Assembly (NCBI GenBank): GCA_044376115.1 | Contig: JBILLK010000013.1 | Location: 1-64,000, forward strand | Direction of reading: 5' to 3' | From: Polyangiaceae bacterium | GTDB taxonomy: Bacteria > Myxococcota_A > Polyangia > Polyangiales > Polyangiaceae | DNA: 64,000 nt | Shown here: piece by piece, positions 39,392 through 49,881 of the stretch | Layout: every line of letters starts with the position of its first letter | Position numbering within the stretch: position 1 is the first letter of the stretch | Notes under the pieces: model-generated | What the model was told of the DNA's origin: nothing | What the model saw: only the letters and a program-made list of their open reading frames with translations | Databases searched by the model: none | Translations under genes and position numbers: made by a program

Positions 39392-40198
39392 TCAGAGTTG
39401 TCGCCACCTGGCGAACAACAATTCAGCATATGGAGCGCTTCCAATCTGATAGGCGCCTAGCGCATACCCGTCGTTAGCCTCCACCAAGGCGGTCTCCCCT
39501 GATGACAGGACGCCGAAGTCTATTGCATAGGCGACCGGCGCTTCGCCTGATTGTCCGTATTCTGCAATAGCGTTCGTTACGGCGGCCAGATCGAGTTCAA
39601 CGCCTGCGTCACCGCTATAGTGGTCTATTGCGACGATCCCGGCCGCATTGACATAGACGCGATACTCGGACCGCCAAGAGACCACTTCGGAACACCAAAC
39701 AGACTCGCGGCGACTCGTCCCGCCTACGCGATAGAAGTCGGATTGACCGGAAAACACGCACCCCGTGAATACCTTCGCGCGAGATGCGGGCTTGGCGAAC
39801 ACCGGCGCTCCGCCTTCTTCAACCCGCGTCCTGACGTTGGCGAGCGTGTCGAGCCATACCTTGCGAAGCAGGTATTGCGTCAATGACGGTGGATAGTAGC
39901 TCGCCTCGGGAATTGGGATCTTGAGCTGCCGCATGGCGCCGTGCATGCAATCCATGTCGCCAAAGATGTACGAACGGCTGGTAAGCGGCAGTTGGCGGCG
40001 CTCGATACGCTTCGGCGTGTAAAGCTGGATTGGTATCTCAAGCCGGATGCAGTGCTCACGCACCAACTCGGCTTCGCGCATCAAGCGCCCGTTTCCCTGT
40101 TCCTGGATGAACGCAACGTCGAACACTAGAGGCCTCGCTCGCGGTGCCGAGTCGCACGTTAACGGCGAGGCGACCAGTGCGTCACGTGCGATAGCCAA
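39392..40198 (-). CDS. ATP-grasp domain protein (DUF4343/R2K-like)
   Basis: YPPSL..YL.R, PVFAKP..KVFTG, SEVV.W.SEYRVYV and IDFGV..G.TALVEANDGYALGAY. The start codon is uncertain. Confidence 0.85.
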   Translation of the reverse strand: MAIARDALVASPLTCDSAPRARPLVFDVAFIQEQGNGRLMREAELVREHCIRLEIPIQLYTPKRIERRQLPLTSRSYIFGDMDCMHGAMRQLKIPIPEASYYPPSLTQYLLRKVWLDTLANVRTRVEEGGAPVFAKPASRAKVFTGCVFSGQSDFYRVGGTSRRESVWCSEVVSWRSEYRVYVNAAGIVAIDHYSGDAGVELDLAAVTNAIAEYGQSGEAPVAYAIDFGVLSSGETALVEANDGYALGAYQIGSAPYAELLFARWRQL

Positions 40199-40247
40199 TC
40201 AACATCGACGATGTCGGTGCCGTGCGCGACGACGGCGGGCGCCCGAA

Positions 40248-40549
40248 CGCTCCAGGCCCGGCCTGATGCGACACATCGCCCGCTGTCACCGCGAGACTCG
40301 GCGATATGTCGCTCCTCGCCGCTCGAGCCCCGCCCACGTGCGACACATCGCCCGCTGTCACGGTGAGACTCGGCGATATGTCGCGCCGCGCGGCTCGAGC
40401 CCCGCCCGCGTGCGACACATCGCCCGCTGTCACGGTGAGACTCGGCGATATGTCGCGCCCGGAGGCTCGATGCCCGCTTCGGGCCGCCCGATGCCCGGCG
40501 GGATGCGACACATCGCCCCATGTCACGGTGAGACTCGCCGTAATGTCGT
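40248..40549 (+). repeat. REP-like array, 4 copies, 72/72/93-bp periods (locus E)
   Basis: Hairpins at 40267, 40339, 40411 and 40504. Confidence 0.95.
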
Positions 40550-40598
40550 TGCTTGGGCCAGCTCACCCCGTCACGGACCCACCGTGGTACTTTGAGCC

Positions 40599-42005
40599 AT
40601 GCTCCGCTCACCGGGATGGCTGGTCGCGCTCGTCTCGCCGTTGGCGCTCGCAGCGTGCGGTGATGACGCCGCGAGCACTGGCTCGGGTGCGTCGAATTCA
40701 GCGTCGGGCGCCGCGGGCGCGGGTGGAAACGGCGGGGGTGGCGGTTCCGGCGCTGCAGGCGGGTCCGGTGCGGCAGGCGGTACCGGAGGCGCCGGCGCGT
40801 CGAGCTCATCGGGCGCGGGCGGCTCGGAGCCGAGCTTCGCGAGCGCGCTGATCACCGAGCATCACCGCTTCATCCCCGGCGCGATGTTCGGCGGGTGGGG
40901 ACCACACCTCGGGCACTTGGTTCGCGCGAGCGGGTCGCTCTACTTCGTGGATGACGTGTGCTCGCAGGTCGCGTCGAGCAGCGTATATCCGCCGTGCGAC
41001 ATGAACGACGATCACACGCTCGCGGTCTTCGAGTGGACGAACGGCGAGTGGCAAACCATCGGCGTGATGAACCCGCCCGGCGTTGTGCAACAGAACACAG
41101 CGACCATCGCGAGCGCGGACGGGACGAAGCTCCACACCTTCGGCATCGACTCGGGTGCGGCGGTGGTCGTCGAGTGCACCTTCACCATCGCGACGGCCGC
41201 GTCGAATTGCGCCGCGTTGCCGATCGCGACGGGGCCGTTTGCGAACTACGTCGGCGCGGCGATCTCACCGCAGGGACATCGCATGGTTTGGTGGACGGGC
41301 GTCGTCGACGGGGGCGGCGGCTCGTTCCACTTCATCGTCGACTACGGTGGAGGCTGGAACGGCCCGCGCTCGGGAGGCGTCGCCGGCTTCAACGACTCGT
41401 CGTACATCAACGTCGCGTTCGAGCCGGGCTCATCGGCGTTCACGATGCACACGCAGCTCGTCGCAGGGCTCGCGCCCAACTGGACCTTCCACGGCGGCAC
41501 CGGCGTCGGCGACCTCGCGCTGAACGCCCCGGTCACCTGGGCGACGAACCTCGCCGCGGTCGAAGGCGACGCGATCGCCTCCACCAACGACATCTGGATC
41601 GATCCGGACGGCGACGCGCACCTCCTCGCGCGCAGCGCCGCCGGCAAGCTCGTCTACTTTCATCGACCCGCTGGCGGTGAATTCAGTGCGACCTTCTGGC
41701 GCGACAGCACCCTGCGCGGGCGCTTCGTCCCCTTCGCCGACAAGCTCGCGATCGCGCTCGGCCCCGCGGGCGCCGGACTCGAACTCTTGGTCGCCTCCGC
41801 CAACGAGGTCGCCGCGAGCTCGCCCATCGACTGGGCCAGCAAGTCCCCAATCGCGGTCCCCCTCCCCGCCGGCTACGAATCACTCATGGCCATCTACCCA
41901 GCCGCGCCGCCATACTTCCTCGAGCCCGCTACGGATGTCGACGTCGTGATCGTCGGCACGCCGAAGGAGAACGAGGCGCTGCACGTTCACGTCGAAGGGC
42001 TGTAG
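40599..42005 (+). CDS. Hypothetical Gly-rich lipoprotein (probable beta-propeller)
   Basis: Lipobox LAAC-GDD, Gly linker and a beta-rich domain. Confidence 0.75.
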   Translation: MLRSPGWLVALVSPLALAACGDDAASTGSGASNSASGAAGAGGNGGGGGSGAAGGSGAAGGTGGAGASSSSGAGGSEPSFASALITEHHRFIPGAMFGGWGPHLGHLVRASGSLYFVDDVCSQVASSSVYPPCDMNDDHTLAVFEWTNGEWQTIGVMNPPGVVQQNTATIASADGTKLHTFGIDSGAAVVVECTFTIATAASNCAALPIATGPFANYVGAAISPQGHRMVWWTGVVDGGGGSFHFIVDYGGGWNGPRSGGVAGFNDSSYINVAFEPGSSAFTMHTQLVAGLAPNWTFHGGTGVGDLALNAPVTWATNLAAVEGDAIASTNDIWIDPDGDAHLLARSAAGKLVYFHRPAGGEFSATFWRDSTLRGRFVPFADKLAIALGPAGAGLELLVASANEVAASSPIDWASKSPIAVPLPAGYESLMAIYPAAPPYFLEPATDVDVVIVGTPKENEALHVHVEGL

Positions 42006-42048
42006 ACGCGCCTCCGAAGGCCAGACTCAACCTTCGACTTGGCACGAG

Positions 42049-44025
42049 TCATTCGAGCCCCGCGATGGGCTTGGGTGTCCAAAGTCCGGTCCCGTCGCCC
42101 ATCTGTCCGTATTTGTTTTCACCCCAGCAGTGGACTCTTCCGCCGGTGCGAGCACACGCGAAGTTAAACCCGACTACGACTTCGTCGACCGCTTCGAGCT
42201 TGTCTACGAGCCGCGGTAGCGGCGTGGACTCATCGGCTCCGCCCAGCGTAACGACCGAGCGGCGTCCCCAGCAGCTCACTCGACCATTGAGCAGAATGGC
42301 GCATGCATGGAGGGAGTCGAGTGCCACGGAGCGAACGTCCTGAATAGCGAGTTGGGTGGGCGACAACACCGCCGATTGTTCGCGATTGGGATCGATGATG
42401 CGCTGGTTGTTGAAACCCCAACAGGTCACACGGCCGTCTCCACCGACGGCGCACGCAGCGTCATCGCTTGCCGAAATGGACACGACCCCCTCCAGCCCCG
42501 GAACTGGCGACGGCTTCTGTGCATCTGCACTCACCCCGCGACCAAGGCCGCCACGCGCGCCGGCGCCCCAGCAAGACACTGTCCCGTTGGCGCGAAGCGC
42601 GCAGGCGAAGCCACCTCCCACGGCGACGGCCTTCGCGTCGTCAATCCCCACGGGCGAAGGAGCTTCGCGCCCATCCCAACACCACACGACACCAGCGTTG
42701 GTGAGCACACACGTCGACCCGCGCGTACGTTCGCTGAGCGCCGAGGCGTCTTTCACTGGCTGGGGCGCTTTGTAGTCGCTCGTACCGAAGAGCTCCCACA
42801 CGCCGCCATCGCTCGAGAGCAGCAGGTTCTGGCTGATCCCAATCAGATTCGTTCGCTTCCCGACCGAGCGCGGCGACGAGCTCGCGAACCAATTCGAAAG
42901 GCCCTCCTTTTCGCTGCTGCGGCCCCAGCGCACGGCTGTGCCATCGGCACGCAGTGCGAGCATCGAGTTATAAAATCCCGCAGCCAAGGCGACGGCGTTA
43001 TCCAAACCGACGACCTGAGAGGGTTGGTAATGCTCCCACGGTCCCCAACACAACACCTCGCCCCCGCGACGACGGACGCAGGGCCCCTGACCGATCACTA
43101 CCTCAACGGCGTCGCTCACCCCCTCCATGCGCTTCCAGGATGGCACCCAATCATTTCGGACCGCCTCGTAGTCGCTGTCGCGCTGGATCGCCAAACGGGT
43201 GTTGTTCCCTTTGCAGTGTACCGAGCCGTCGACACGCACTTCGCACTCGAGCCGGTCCCGGCTCGCCGCGGACACCACACCCTCTCGAAGCTCTCCGCAA
43301 TCGAGCGCTGTCTGCGTCCGAACACAGTCAAGATCCCCGCCCATCGACACGCTCACAGCGCCAGCGCGTTGAGGCTCGAGCGGCTCAACGTACGCCCGAT
43401 CCTCATCCGCGATGAACTCAACGACGCCGCGCGCAGTGAGCGCATACCCCCTTACGTCGCCGTCATACACCATCGAACAGGCGACCGAGCGAACGCCCTC
43501 GAGCCCCGCCACCAACGACCACGTATCATACGTGTGCACATACACGGCGCCGGCCCTCGTCAGCACGCAATCGCCATCGACAGCGATCAGGTCAGCCGGC
43601 GCCCCCTCGGCCTTGGAAGCAGGGATGCAAGAGAGCTGACCATTGCTCGCGACGGCACACGTCGCGAAGCGCGTTACGCCGACGCTGATGAACGGTCCCT
43701 TCTCTCCAAAGACTGCGACCGCAGCCTGGTTGCTCGGCATGCCCGTGATGTCGCCCCAACAGCGAACGGCCCCCGCCGCCGAGAGATGGCAGGCGTGTTG
43801 GTCCGAGGCGACGAGTCGTGGCTCCGTCAGCGGCACAGCCGCCTTTGGTTGCTCGGCTGCGCTCGAGGCAGGGTTTGGAGCAACCGCCGCGAAATCCGAG
43901 CCACCGCAGGAGAAGACCGCGAGCAACCATGGGGCCACCCACTGCAACCCGGACCGTGTGAAGCTAGGAACGAGCTTGACGACCATATCCAAATCCTCCG
44001 GGAAGCTCACGTCAGCGGTTGCCAA
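42049..44025 (-). CDS. RCC1/BLIP-II repeat protein
   Basis: Many HAC..G.VxCWG repeats, ending CWGENKYGQMGDG. Confidence 0.85.
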   Translation of the reverse strand: MATADVSFPEDLDMVVKLVPSFTRSGLQWVAPWLLAVFSCGGSDFAAVAPNPASSAAEQPKAAVPLTEPRLVASDQHACHLSAAGAVRCWGDITGMPSNQAAVAVFGEKGPFISVGVTRFATCAVASNGQLSCIPASKAEGAPADLIAVDGDCVLTRAGAVYVHTYDTWSLVAGLEGVRSVACSMVYDGDVRGYALTARGVVEFIADEDRAYVEPLEPQRAGAVSVSMGGDLDCVRTQTALDCGELREGVVSAASRDRLECEVRVDGSVHCKGNNTRLAIQRDSDYEAVRNDWVPSWKRMEGVSDAVEVVIGQGPCVRRRGGEVLCWGPWEHYQPSQVVGLDNAVALAAGFYNSMLALRADGTAVRWGRSSEKEGLSNWFASSSPRSVGKRTNLIGISQNLLLSSDGGVWELFGTSDYKAPQPVKDASALSERTRGSTCVLTNAGVVWCWDGREAPSPVGIDDAKAVAVGGGFACALRANGTVSCWGAGARGGLGRGVSADAQKPSPVPGLEGVVSISASDDAACAVGGDGRVTCWGFNNQRIIDPNREQSAVLSPTQLAIQDVRSVALDSLHACAILLNGRVSCWGRRSVVTLGGADESTPLPRLVDKLEAVDEVVVGFNFACARTGGRVHCWGENKYGQMGDGTGLWTPKPIAGLE

Positions 44026-44049
44026 CCGGGCGCTGACGATCGGGAACGG

Positions 44050-44544
44050 CTAGTCCACGACGTAGATGACGCCCTGCATCGACGTGCTGTGAATCGTGCA
44101 GAAGAATGGGTGCGCGCCGAAGGTGGCGGGGATGTACGTAGCCTGAGGACCCGATTGGTCGAGGTTGGTGATGTCATCGTCCAGCGGGGCGCCGGGACTG
44201 CCACCCGAGAGCGGGTGAAGTGAGAAGTCCCCGATGAAGTTGATCATCGCCCCGTTGGAGACGACGAGGCACGCCTGCGTGGGCAGCACCCAATCGAGAT
44301 CGATCTCCGGGTTGCCTGTCATATCCTCGGCCGTCGCTTGTTCGCAGCCGTTCAGGATAGTCGCACCACCGCCGCCGCCCGAGGCACCGACGCCACCACC
44401 ACCACCACCACCACCACCACCGTCACCACCCGCGCCCCCGGAGCCACCTGCGGCGCCGGTTCCCGTTGAGCCACTGTCACCACAGGCGAGGCTCATCACA
44501 CTCACGCATAGGGAGATCGCGTCCCTGACCATCTTCGCGCGCAT
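44050..44544 (-). CDS. Cupredoxin (plastocyanin-like) lipoprotein
   Basis: Lipobox SLAC, poly-Gly, and type-1 Cu ligands H(PL)...C(TI)H(STS)M(QGVIYV). Confidence 0.85.
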   Translation of the reverse strand: MRAKMVRDAISLCVSVMSLACGDSGSTGTGAAGGSGGAGGDGGGGGGGGGGVGASGGGGGATILNGCEQATAEDMTGNPEIDLDWVLPTQACLVVSNGAMINFIGDFSLHPLSGGSPGAPLDDDITNLDQSGPQATYIPATFGAHPFFCTIHSTSMQGVIYVVD

Positions 44545-44854
44545 TTTCGATTCTCCAACAGGCCGGTTCGTCCGACCCGCGCGGCGAAGCTAGCGGATCC
44601 GCGGTTCATTAGGAACTTGCGGCGCGCTGTCCAGCCAGCGTGAACGGCCAGTGCGTCCCATGAGTGCGCCTCGTTCGGAGCGACCGCGAGATACGCCCGT
44701 GCTGCCGCTGATGTGTCGCCCGGTCGTTGCGGCGTGCGAAGACCTAGACACCTCAACTGCACCGGGTCGGTGGCGTTGCATTGTGATGAGCCACAACCGG
44801 GCTAACAGCCTGAGACCGCGCCGTGACTGCGCCTGGCGCCGATGCGTAGGTCGA

Positions 44855-44900
44855 TGCGACACATCGCCCGGTCTCACGGCGAGACTCTGCGCGATGTCGC
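44855..44900 (+). repeat. REP-like palindrome, single diverged copy (locus F)
   Basis: tgcgacacatcgcccggtctcacggcgagactctgcgcgatgtcgc. Confidence 0.85.
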
Positions 44901-44996
44901 GGCTGCCCGCCCTCCGCCAGTTTCGTCTGGGCCGCAGGGCCTATCGCAGTTCGAATGCCCTCCGCGGCCGCGCGGCGGTTACCTTCTGCGTCGCAG

Positions 44997-45962
44997 ATGG
45001 AACTACGATCACCGCCGCTGTCGAGTGCCAAGCCCACGTCGCGCCGGTTTGCGACCGGGCAGCTCTGCGTGGCGCTCACCTTCGCTGCTGCGGCGGCTTG
45101 TAGTGCAACGCCGAGCGCGCCCGCGCTCCCGGTGATGCAGGCCTCTGCGCCGACTACTCCATCCGCCGGCGCACCCGCGACCAGCGCCGTGAGTGGCTTA
45201 CCAACCAGCACCACAAGCGCCGTCACCGGCGTAGCACCGAGCTGTCCCGACGATATGGTCGCCCTCCCCGCGGGCTCGTTCACCGTGAGCGCGAGCGACA
45301 AGCAGACGCCGGTCAATGCGTTCTGCATCGACCGAACGGAGGTCACGGTCGCCGCGTACCTCGCCTGCGTGCGCACCGGCGCGTGCACCGCCGCAAAAGA
45401 GATGGCTGCCGTGACGACTCACCTGCCCCAGCTCGAGCGGGAGATGTGGGCAGCGACGTGCAACGCTCCCGCCAAGGAGCGCGCGCTTCATCCGATGAAC
45501 TGCGTGGACTGGCACCAGGCCGACGCCTACTGTCGCGCTCAGCACAAGCGCCTGCCCACCGAGCAGGAGTGGGAATGGGCCGCGCGCGGCGGTCCAGCGA
45601 ACAATCGCTTCCCGTGGGGCGACGCGCTGCCCACAGTCGAGCTGCTCAATGCGACCGACTCGACGTCGGCGGCCTTCGGTGCGCGTTATGGTCGCGACTG
45701 GGAGCACCTGGATGGCACGGACGGCTGGCCGACAACGGCGCCCGTGGGCAGCTTTCAAAAGGGGCGCACCCCCCAGGGCGTCGACGACATGGCTGGGAAC
45801 GTATGGGAGTGGACGGCCACCCTCGACCCGGACGACGGCAACCGCTTGATCCGCGGAGGCAGCTGGGGTGATCGCGAGCCGGGCGCCTTCGTGGTCGGCG
45901 CGCAACGCTGGAACGACCCGGACAAATACGTCGGCCTCGTTGGCTTTCGCTGCGCGAGGTGA
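44997..45962 (+). CDS. FGE-sulfatase/SUMF1-domain lipoprotein
   Basis: CPDDMV, FCIDRTEVT, HPMNCVDW, KRLPTEQEWEWAARG, DMAGNVWEW, RGGSW and GFRCA. Confidence 0.95.
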   Translation: MELRSPPLSSAKPTSRRFATGQLCVALTFAAAAACSATPSAPALPVMQASAPTTPSAGAPATSAVSGLPTSTTSAVTGVAPSCPDDMVALPAGSFTVSASDKQTPVNAFCIDRTEVTVAAYLACVRTGACTAAKEMAAVTTHLPQLEREMWAATCNAPAKERALHPMNCVDWHQADAYCRAQHKRLPTEQEWEWAARGGPANNRFPWGDALPTVELLNATDSTSAAFGARYGRDWEHLDGTDGWPTTAPVGSFQKGRTPQGVDDMAGNVWEWTATLDPDDGNRLIRGGSWGDREPGAFVVGAQRWNDPDKYVGLVGFRCAR

Positions 45963-46007
45963 TCCGCTCCCTGCGGCGAAGGGTCGCAGGCCCGGCGGGT
46001 ACCGCCT

Positions 46008-46260
46008 TGCGACACATCGCCCGCTGTCACGGTGAGACTCGCCGATCTGTCGCACCGGGCGGCTCGAGGCCACCGCCCAGCGGCTCGACTTCCGTCTTCC
46101 TGCGACACATCGCCCGCTGTCACGGTGAGACTCGCCGATCTGTCGCACCGGGCGGCGACGAGGCCACCGCCCAGCGGCTCGACTTCCGTCTTCCTGCGAC
46201 ACATCGCCCGCTGTCACGGTGAGACTCGCCGATCTGTCGCACCGGGCGGCTCGATGCCCC
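46008..46260 (+). repeat. REP-like array, 3 copies, 93/94-bp periods (locus G)
   Basis: Hairpins at 46008, 46101 and 46195, with near-identical spacers. Confidence 0.95.
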
Positions 46261-46368
46261 ATCGTGCACTAGGCCCCGCCGTGTGCGCGCGCTATTCCCA
46301 TCGCTCTGCGGCACCGCTTGGATGCGGTTGGGGGCCGCGATGTCGCTCACCAGCTCGGCGCCTTTCGG

Positions 46369-46767
46369 TCAATCATCGAACGGGTCCCTCGGCGGCCTGA
46401 GGCATGGCTTCAGGATGGGCCGCAGGCAAGCGGTGGGCGCAGGAACGGTGGGCGCAGGAACGGTGGGAGCTGCCGTCTTCGGGGGCGAAGTGACCGTCGA
46501 GCTCGGCGCGGCGGTCGCGCTGGGTATCTCCGCGGTGGTCGCAGAGGGCGCGGCTGACTCAACAGGCGCCGTGGAGGCCGTTGGTTCAGCGCGCGTGCTG
46601 GTGGACGCTGCGCCCTTCGGCAGGCCGACTTTGAGGCACGCTTGGGGCGACGGCGAGTCGGCGTCGCTCGAACAGCTCGTCACGGCGAGCCCCGCTAGCG
46701 CGGTCGCGATGAAGAACGCACGTCTGCGGAGGATCTCGCTGCGGGCGTCATCATCATCGGAGTTCAT
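46369..46767 (-). CDS. Small Tat-like lipoprotein with three (P)xxCL motifs
   Basis: ILRRRAFFIATALAGLAVTSC signal, then PQACLK, PTACLR and KPCLR around a Ser/Thr/Ala/Pro linker. Confidence 0.7.
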   Translation of the reverse strand: MNSDDDDARSEILRRRAFFIATALAGLAVTSCSSDADSPSPQACLKVGLPKGAASTSTRAEPTASTAPVESAAPSATTAEIPSATAAPSSTVTSPPKTAAPTVPAPTVPAPTACLRPILKPCLRPPRDPFDD

Positions 46768-46886
46768 TGCGAGCGATAGTATCCGGCTCTCGACCGTACT
46801 GCACCGCGCGCTATTCCCATCGCGCCTGGGCCTCCCGCACCATCTTCGTCTCTTCCCCTACGCACGCAACTGCTAGAGTCCCGGCC

Positions 46887-48254
46887 GTGACTGCGTCTGC
46901 CCGTTCGCTGCGAGCCCATCTGCGCGTTGCCCTGGTGGCGACGCTGGCCTCTTCGTGTGGTGAGGCGCGCAGCCTGTCGATCGACTTGACGGCAGGCTAC
47001 GAGACCGACGTGTTCTCGCAGGATCCCGCGGTCACGCGCGTGGTGATCCGCGCGACCACCGCGGATGGTTCGAGCAGCTTCGAGGTGGAGTCGGAGCCGG
47101 GCGGGAGCTTCAATCTGGGCGAATTCTCGGACCAGGAGTTTCTCTCCTTCGACGTCTTCGGGGAGACCGCAGAAGGTGACGTGGTGGTGCGCGGCCGCAG
47201 TTTGACGCTACCGGTGGGCGCGATTGCGTCCGAGTCGGTGCCGCTGTTCGTGCAACGGCTGGAAGGCTTCAGCCGGCCGCCGGGCGAGCTAGCCCGCGCG
47301 CATGTGCACGCGCCCGCAGGCGTGGTGGACGAGCAGTTCATTTTGGCGTTCGGTGGTGACGCTGCGTTCGGCGAGAACGGCCCCGCGGATCCCGGGCTCG
47401 GGGACTTTTACGACGTGCTCTCGCTCGCAGGCGGAGAGGCCTCATCGATCTTGCCGCGCACCCCGCGCTCGTTGGTGGTGCGCAGCTCGATCATCCTGCT
47501 GATCGACGACGAAGGCTCCACCGTGCTCGATAGCAGCGACCAAACCACCGACCGCGATCCGCCCGGGGATTTGCGCTTCGAAGAGGTGTCCGGCGGCCGC
47601 ACCATCGAGTCCGACGACGGCACCTCCTACGTCGTTGGCTGCACCCGCCCCGAGACGCCCAGCAACGCGATCTTGGCGTTGGACCAGAACGGCGACTTCA
47701 GCGAAATTCGCTTAGCAACGCCGCGCAGCGGTTGCGGCGCCACCTTCGTCCCCGACGTCGGTTTGGTGGTGTTCGGCGGCAGCGCCGAGGGCAAAGCCTT
47801 CGAGGTCGTCGAGTCCGGCGGTACCCTGCGCGCCCTCCCCTTCGACGCCGACGCCACCGCCGGCGCCGCCCTCGTCCTCAGCAGCGACGAGATCGTCCTC
47901 GCGCTCGGCGGCCTGCGCGACGGCGCCCCCGCAGCCACCCGCTTCTTCGACCTCCGTTGCCAAGCCGACTGCGCACCCGACGAGCTCGCCGCAGCCGCAC
48001 TCCCCGCGTTGCAGACCCGCGGCGAAGCCTTCAAATTCGAGGGCGGCGTCCTCGCCATCGGCGAAAACGACGAAGGCGAAACCCTCGCCTTCAAAGTCCA
48101 ACTCCCCGACGGCCAAGTCACCCCCCTGCCCTTCCGCGAGCGCCGCTTCGGCGCCACCCCCGTCCCCGCGCCCAACGGCACCCTCATGGTCGTCGGCGGC
48201 GTCCAACCGTCGTCAGCCCCGGCGTTGACGGTAGAGGCGTTCTTTCCGGAGTGA
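46887..48254 (+). CDS. Lipoprotein with Kelch-like beta-propeller
   Basis: Lipobox ASSC, with ILAFGG, LVVFGG, VLALGG and LMVVGG repeats. Confidence 0.75.
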   Translation: MTASARSLRAHLRVALVATLASSCGEARSLSIDLTAGYETDVFSQDPAVTRVVIRATTADGSSSFEVESEPGGSFNLGEFSDQEFLSFDVFGETAEGDVVVRGRSLTLPVGAIASESVPLFVQRLEGFSRPPGELARAHVHAPAGVVDEQFILAFGGDAAFGENGPADPGLGDFYDVLSLAGGEASSILPRTPRSLVVRSSIILLIDDEGSTVLDSSDQTTDRDPPGDLRFEEVSGGRTIESDDGTSYVVGCTRPETPSNAILALDQNGDFSEIRLATPRSGCGATFVPDVGLVVFGGSAEGKAFEVVESGGTLRALPFDADATAGAALVLSSDEIVLALGGLRDGAPAATRFFDLRCQADCAPDELAAAALPALQTRGEAFKFEGGVLAIGENDEGETLAFKVQLPDGQVTPLPFRERRFGATPVPAPNGTLMVVGGVQPSSAPALTVEAFFPE

Positions 48255-48330
48255 GGGCGGAGGTGGGCCGCGTCGTCCACCTCGCGTCGTCCCGCGCAGA
48301 GAGCCACGCGCGGGTGGTAGACTCACGACC

Positions 48331-49428
48331 ATGCGATCCGCCCCGCTCGTGTTCGCCTTGACGCTGGTCGCTTGCGACGCGGAGGTGCACCCTCCGAGTG
48401 AAGCGAGCCTGCCGGTCCCCGAGTGCACGTGGCTCGTGCCGCGCTCGGAAGAGCTGGTGGTGCCAGAGAGCTTTGTTGGGCAGCTCGTCGCGATCGACGG
48501 CGCCGACGTTGGCTTGCTGTACGCCTTCAACGATGACGGCGCACCGGGCAGCATCCGCTCGAGGCGGCTGCTCGATCCGTTTGGCGCGTGGCCCCCGTCG
48601 CTGGGTCCGGAGGCGGTGCACCGCGACAGCCCCGGCCTGATCCTCGATGCAGTGGGGCGCGCCGACGGGACCTTCGTGCTGCGCCAGCTCGCGTCGGAGC
48701 CGGGCACCGAGTACTCGATCGGGGCCTTCGGTCGCGAGGGCGCGTGGCCGACGCGCGCCGGGCGGCCGATGCTCGAGCCGAGCCCCGGCGTCGGCGTGTA
48801 CTGGCACCACGATGGCGAGCTTCAGTATTACGCCACGCTCGACGCCGAAGAGCCGGTCTTCTTGCTTCCACTCGCGCTGCCCGAGTCCGAGCTCAATTCG
48901 ACGCCCGACCCCGCGTGGGTGCACGGCCTCGACGGCACAGGACGGCTTGTGGTGCGCGGCGTCGACGGCTTCACCACGATCACCGGCAACAGCCTCTCGC
49001 CCTTCACACCGCTGCCAGCTGACGATCCCGGGAGCTCGCCAGCTTGGCTCCTCCCGAGCGAGGCGGGCGGCTTTTGGTACGCCCGGCAAGAGCACCCCGC
49101 CGTCGAGATCCAGCGCCTCGGCGCTGATGAGGAAGCCAGCCCGATCACGCTGTTCGAAGATGTCCTCGTCGGCCGGCAGCGTGCTGCCTCGCCCTGGGGA
49201 GCTGGTCGCGGCGTGGTCGCTGTGGCCGAGCACTACGCTCTGGAAGGAGGCACCGCTCTCGGCTTCGAACTCATCATCACCGATGGAGAGCACCAAACGA
49301 AGGCACGGGCTCACGACGCGGACGCGGCCTACAGCGTGGTCTCCTCGCCCGACGGCGCTTCAATCCTCGTCGGCGTGCATCGCCAGGGCTTCGTCATCCG
49401 ACGCTTTGACTGCCTCTCGTTGGATTGA
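48331..49428 (+). CDS. Hypothetical lipoprotein (paralog of 50343-51542)
   Basis: LVAC lipobox. Shares DxFGAWPPS, EPSP, DGxGRxVV and RFxC with the 50343 gene. Confidence 0.75.
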   Translation: MRSAPLVFALTLVACDAEVHPPSEASLPVPECTWLVPRSEELVVPESFVGQLVAIDGADVGLLYAFNDDGAPGSIRSRRLLDPFGAWPPSLGPEAVHRDSPGLILDAVGRADGTFVLRQLASEPGTEYSIGAFGREGAWPTRAGRPMLEPSPGVGVYWHHDGELQYYATLDAEEPVFLLPLALPESELNSTPDPAWVHGLDGTGRLVVRGVDGFTTITGNSLSPFTPLPADDPGSSPAWLLPSEAGGFWYARQEHPAVEIQRLGADEEASPITLFEDVLVGRQRAASPWGAGRGVVAVAEHYALEGGTALGFELIITDGEHQTKARAHDADAAYSVVSSPDGASILVGVHRQGFVIRRFDCLSLD

Positions 49429-49485
49429 GCCACACGCGACTCGACCGACGCGCTCGCAGTTACGAGAGAGCTATCCTCGACACCC

Positions 49486-49881
49486 ATGCTGGCGCTCCAG
49501 GTTCACCATGACTCCGCCCCGTCGCTCCCTCCGCCCCACGCACACCTCATCGTCGTGGAGTCGTCCCACCCCGCACACCTCGGCGCGACCTTCGTGCTCG
49601 ATCGTGGCCTCCTACGGTTCGGGCGTGCCCACTGGAACGAGCTCGAGCTCCGCCATGACGACAGCCTCTCTCGCGGCCACGGCTGCTTTGAGCGACGCGC
49701 CGACGGTCAATGGTGGGTCGTGGACAACGGCACGACCAACGTTGTGTCGGTCAACGACCGCGTGATCGACCGTACCAAGGACGATAGGGGTCGCTCTGCC
49801 CAGATGCTTCGCCACGGGGCCCGCGTGCGAGTCGGACGCTTGGTGCTCGAGTTTCGCGCGGCCGAGACAACGGCGGGGTAA
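49486..49881 (+). CDS. Stand-alone FHA domain protein
   Basis: FGR...DDSLSRGH..WWVVDNGTTN...LRHGARVRVG. Confidence 0.85.
   Translation: MLALQVHHDSAPSLPPPHAHLIVVESSHPAHLGATFVLDRGLLRFGRAHWNELELRHDDSLSRGHGCFERRADGQWWVVDNGTTNVVSVNDRVIDRTKDDRGRSAQMLRHGARVRVGRLVLEFRAAETTAG

Noticed and set aside
40047..40595. ORFs with repeated RHIARCHGETRRYVA / CDTSPAVTVRLGDMS peptides (also near 21000, 32300, 46100, 55400)
   Set aside because: These are translations of the palindromic repeat in various frames, not proteins. The same applies to the N-terminal extension of ORF 19974-21299.
44388..44430. (ACC)n tract as a contingency locus
   Set aside because: It is an in-frame triplet repeat coding the poly-Gly linker of a lipoprotein, so length changes would not switch expression.
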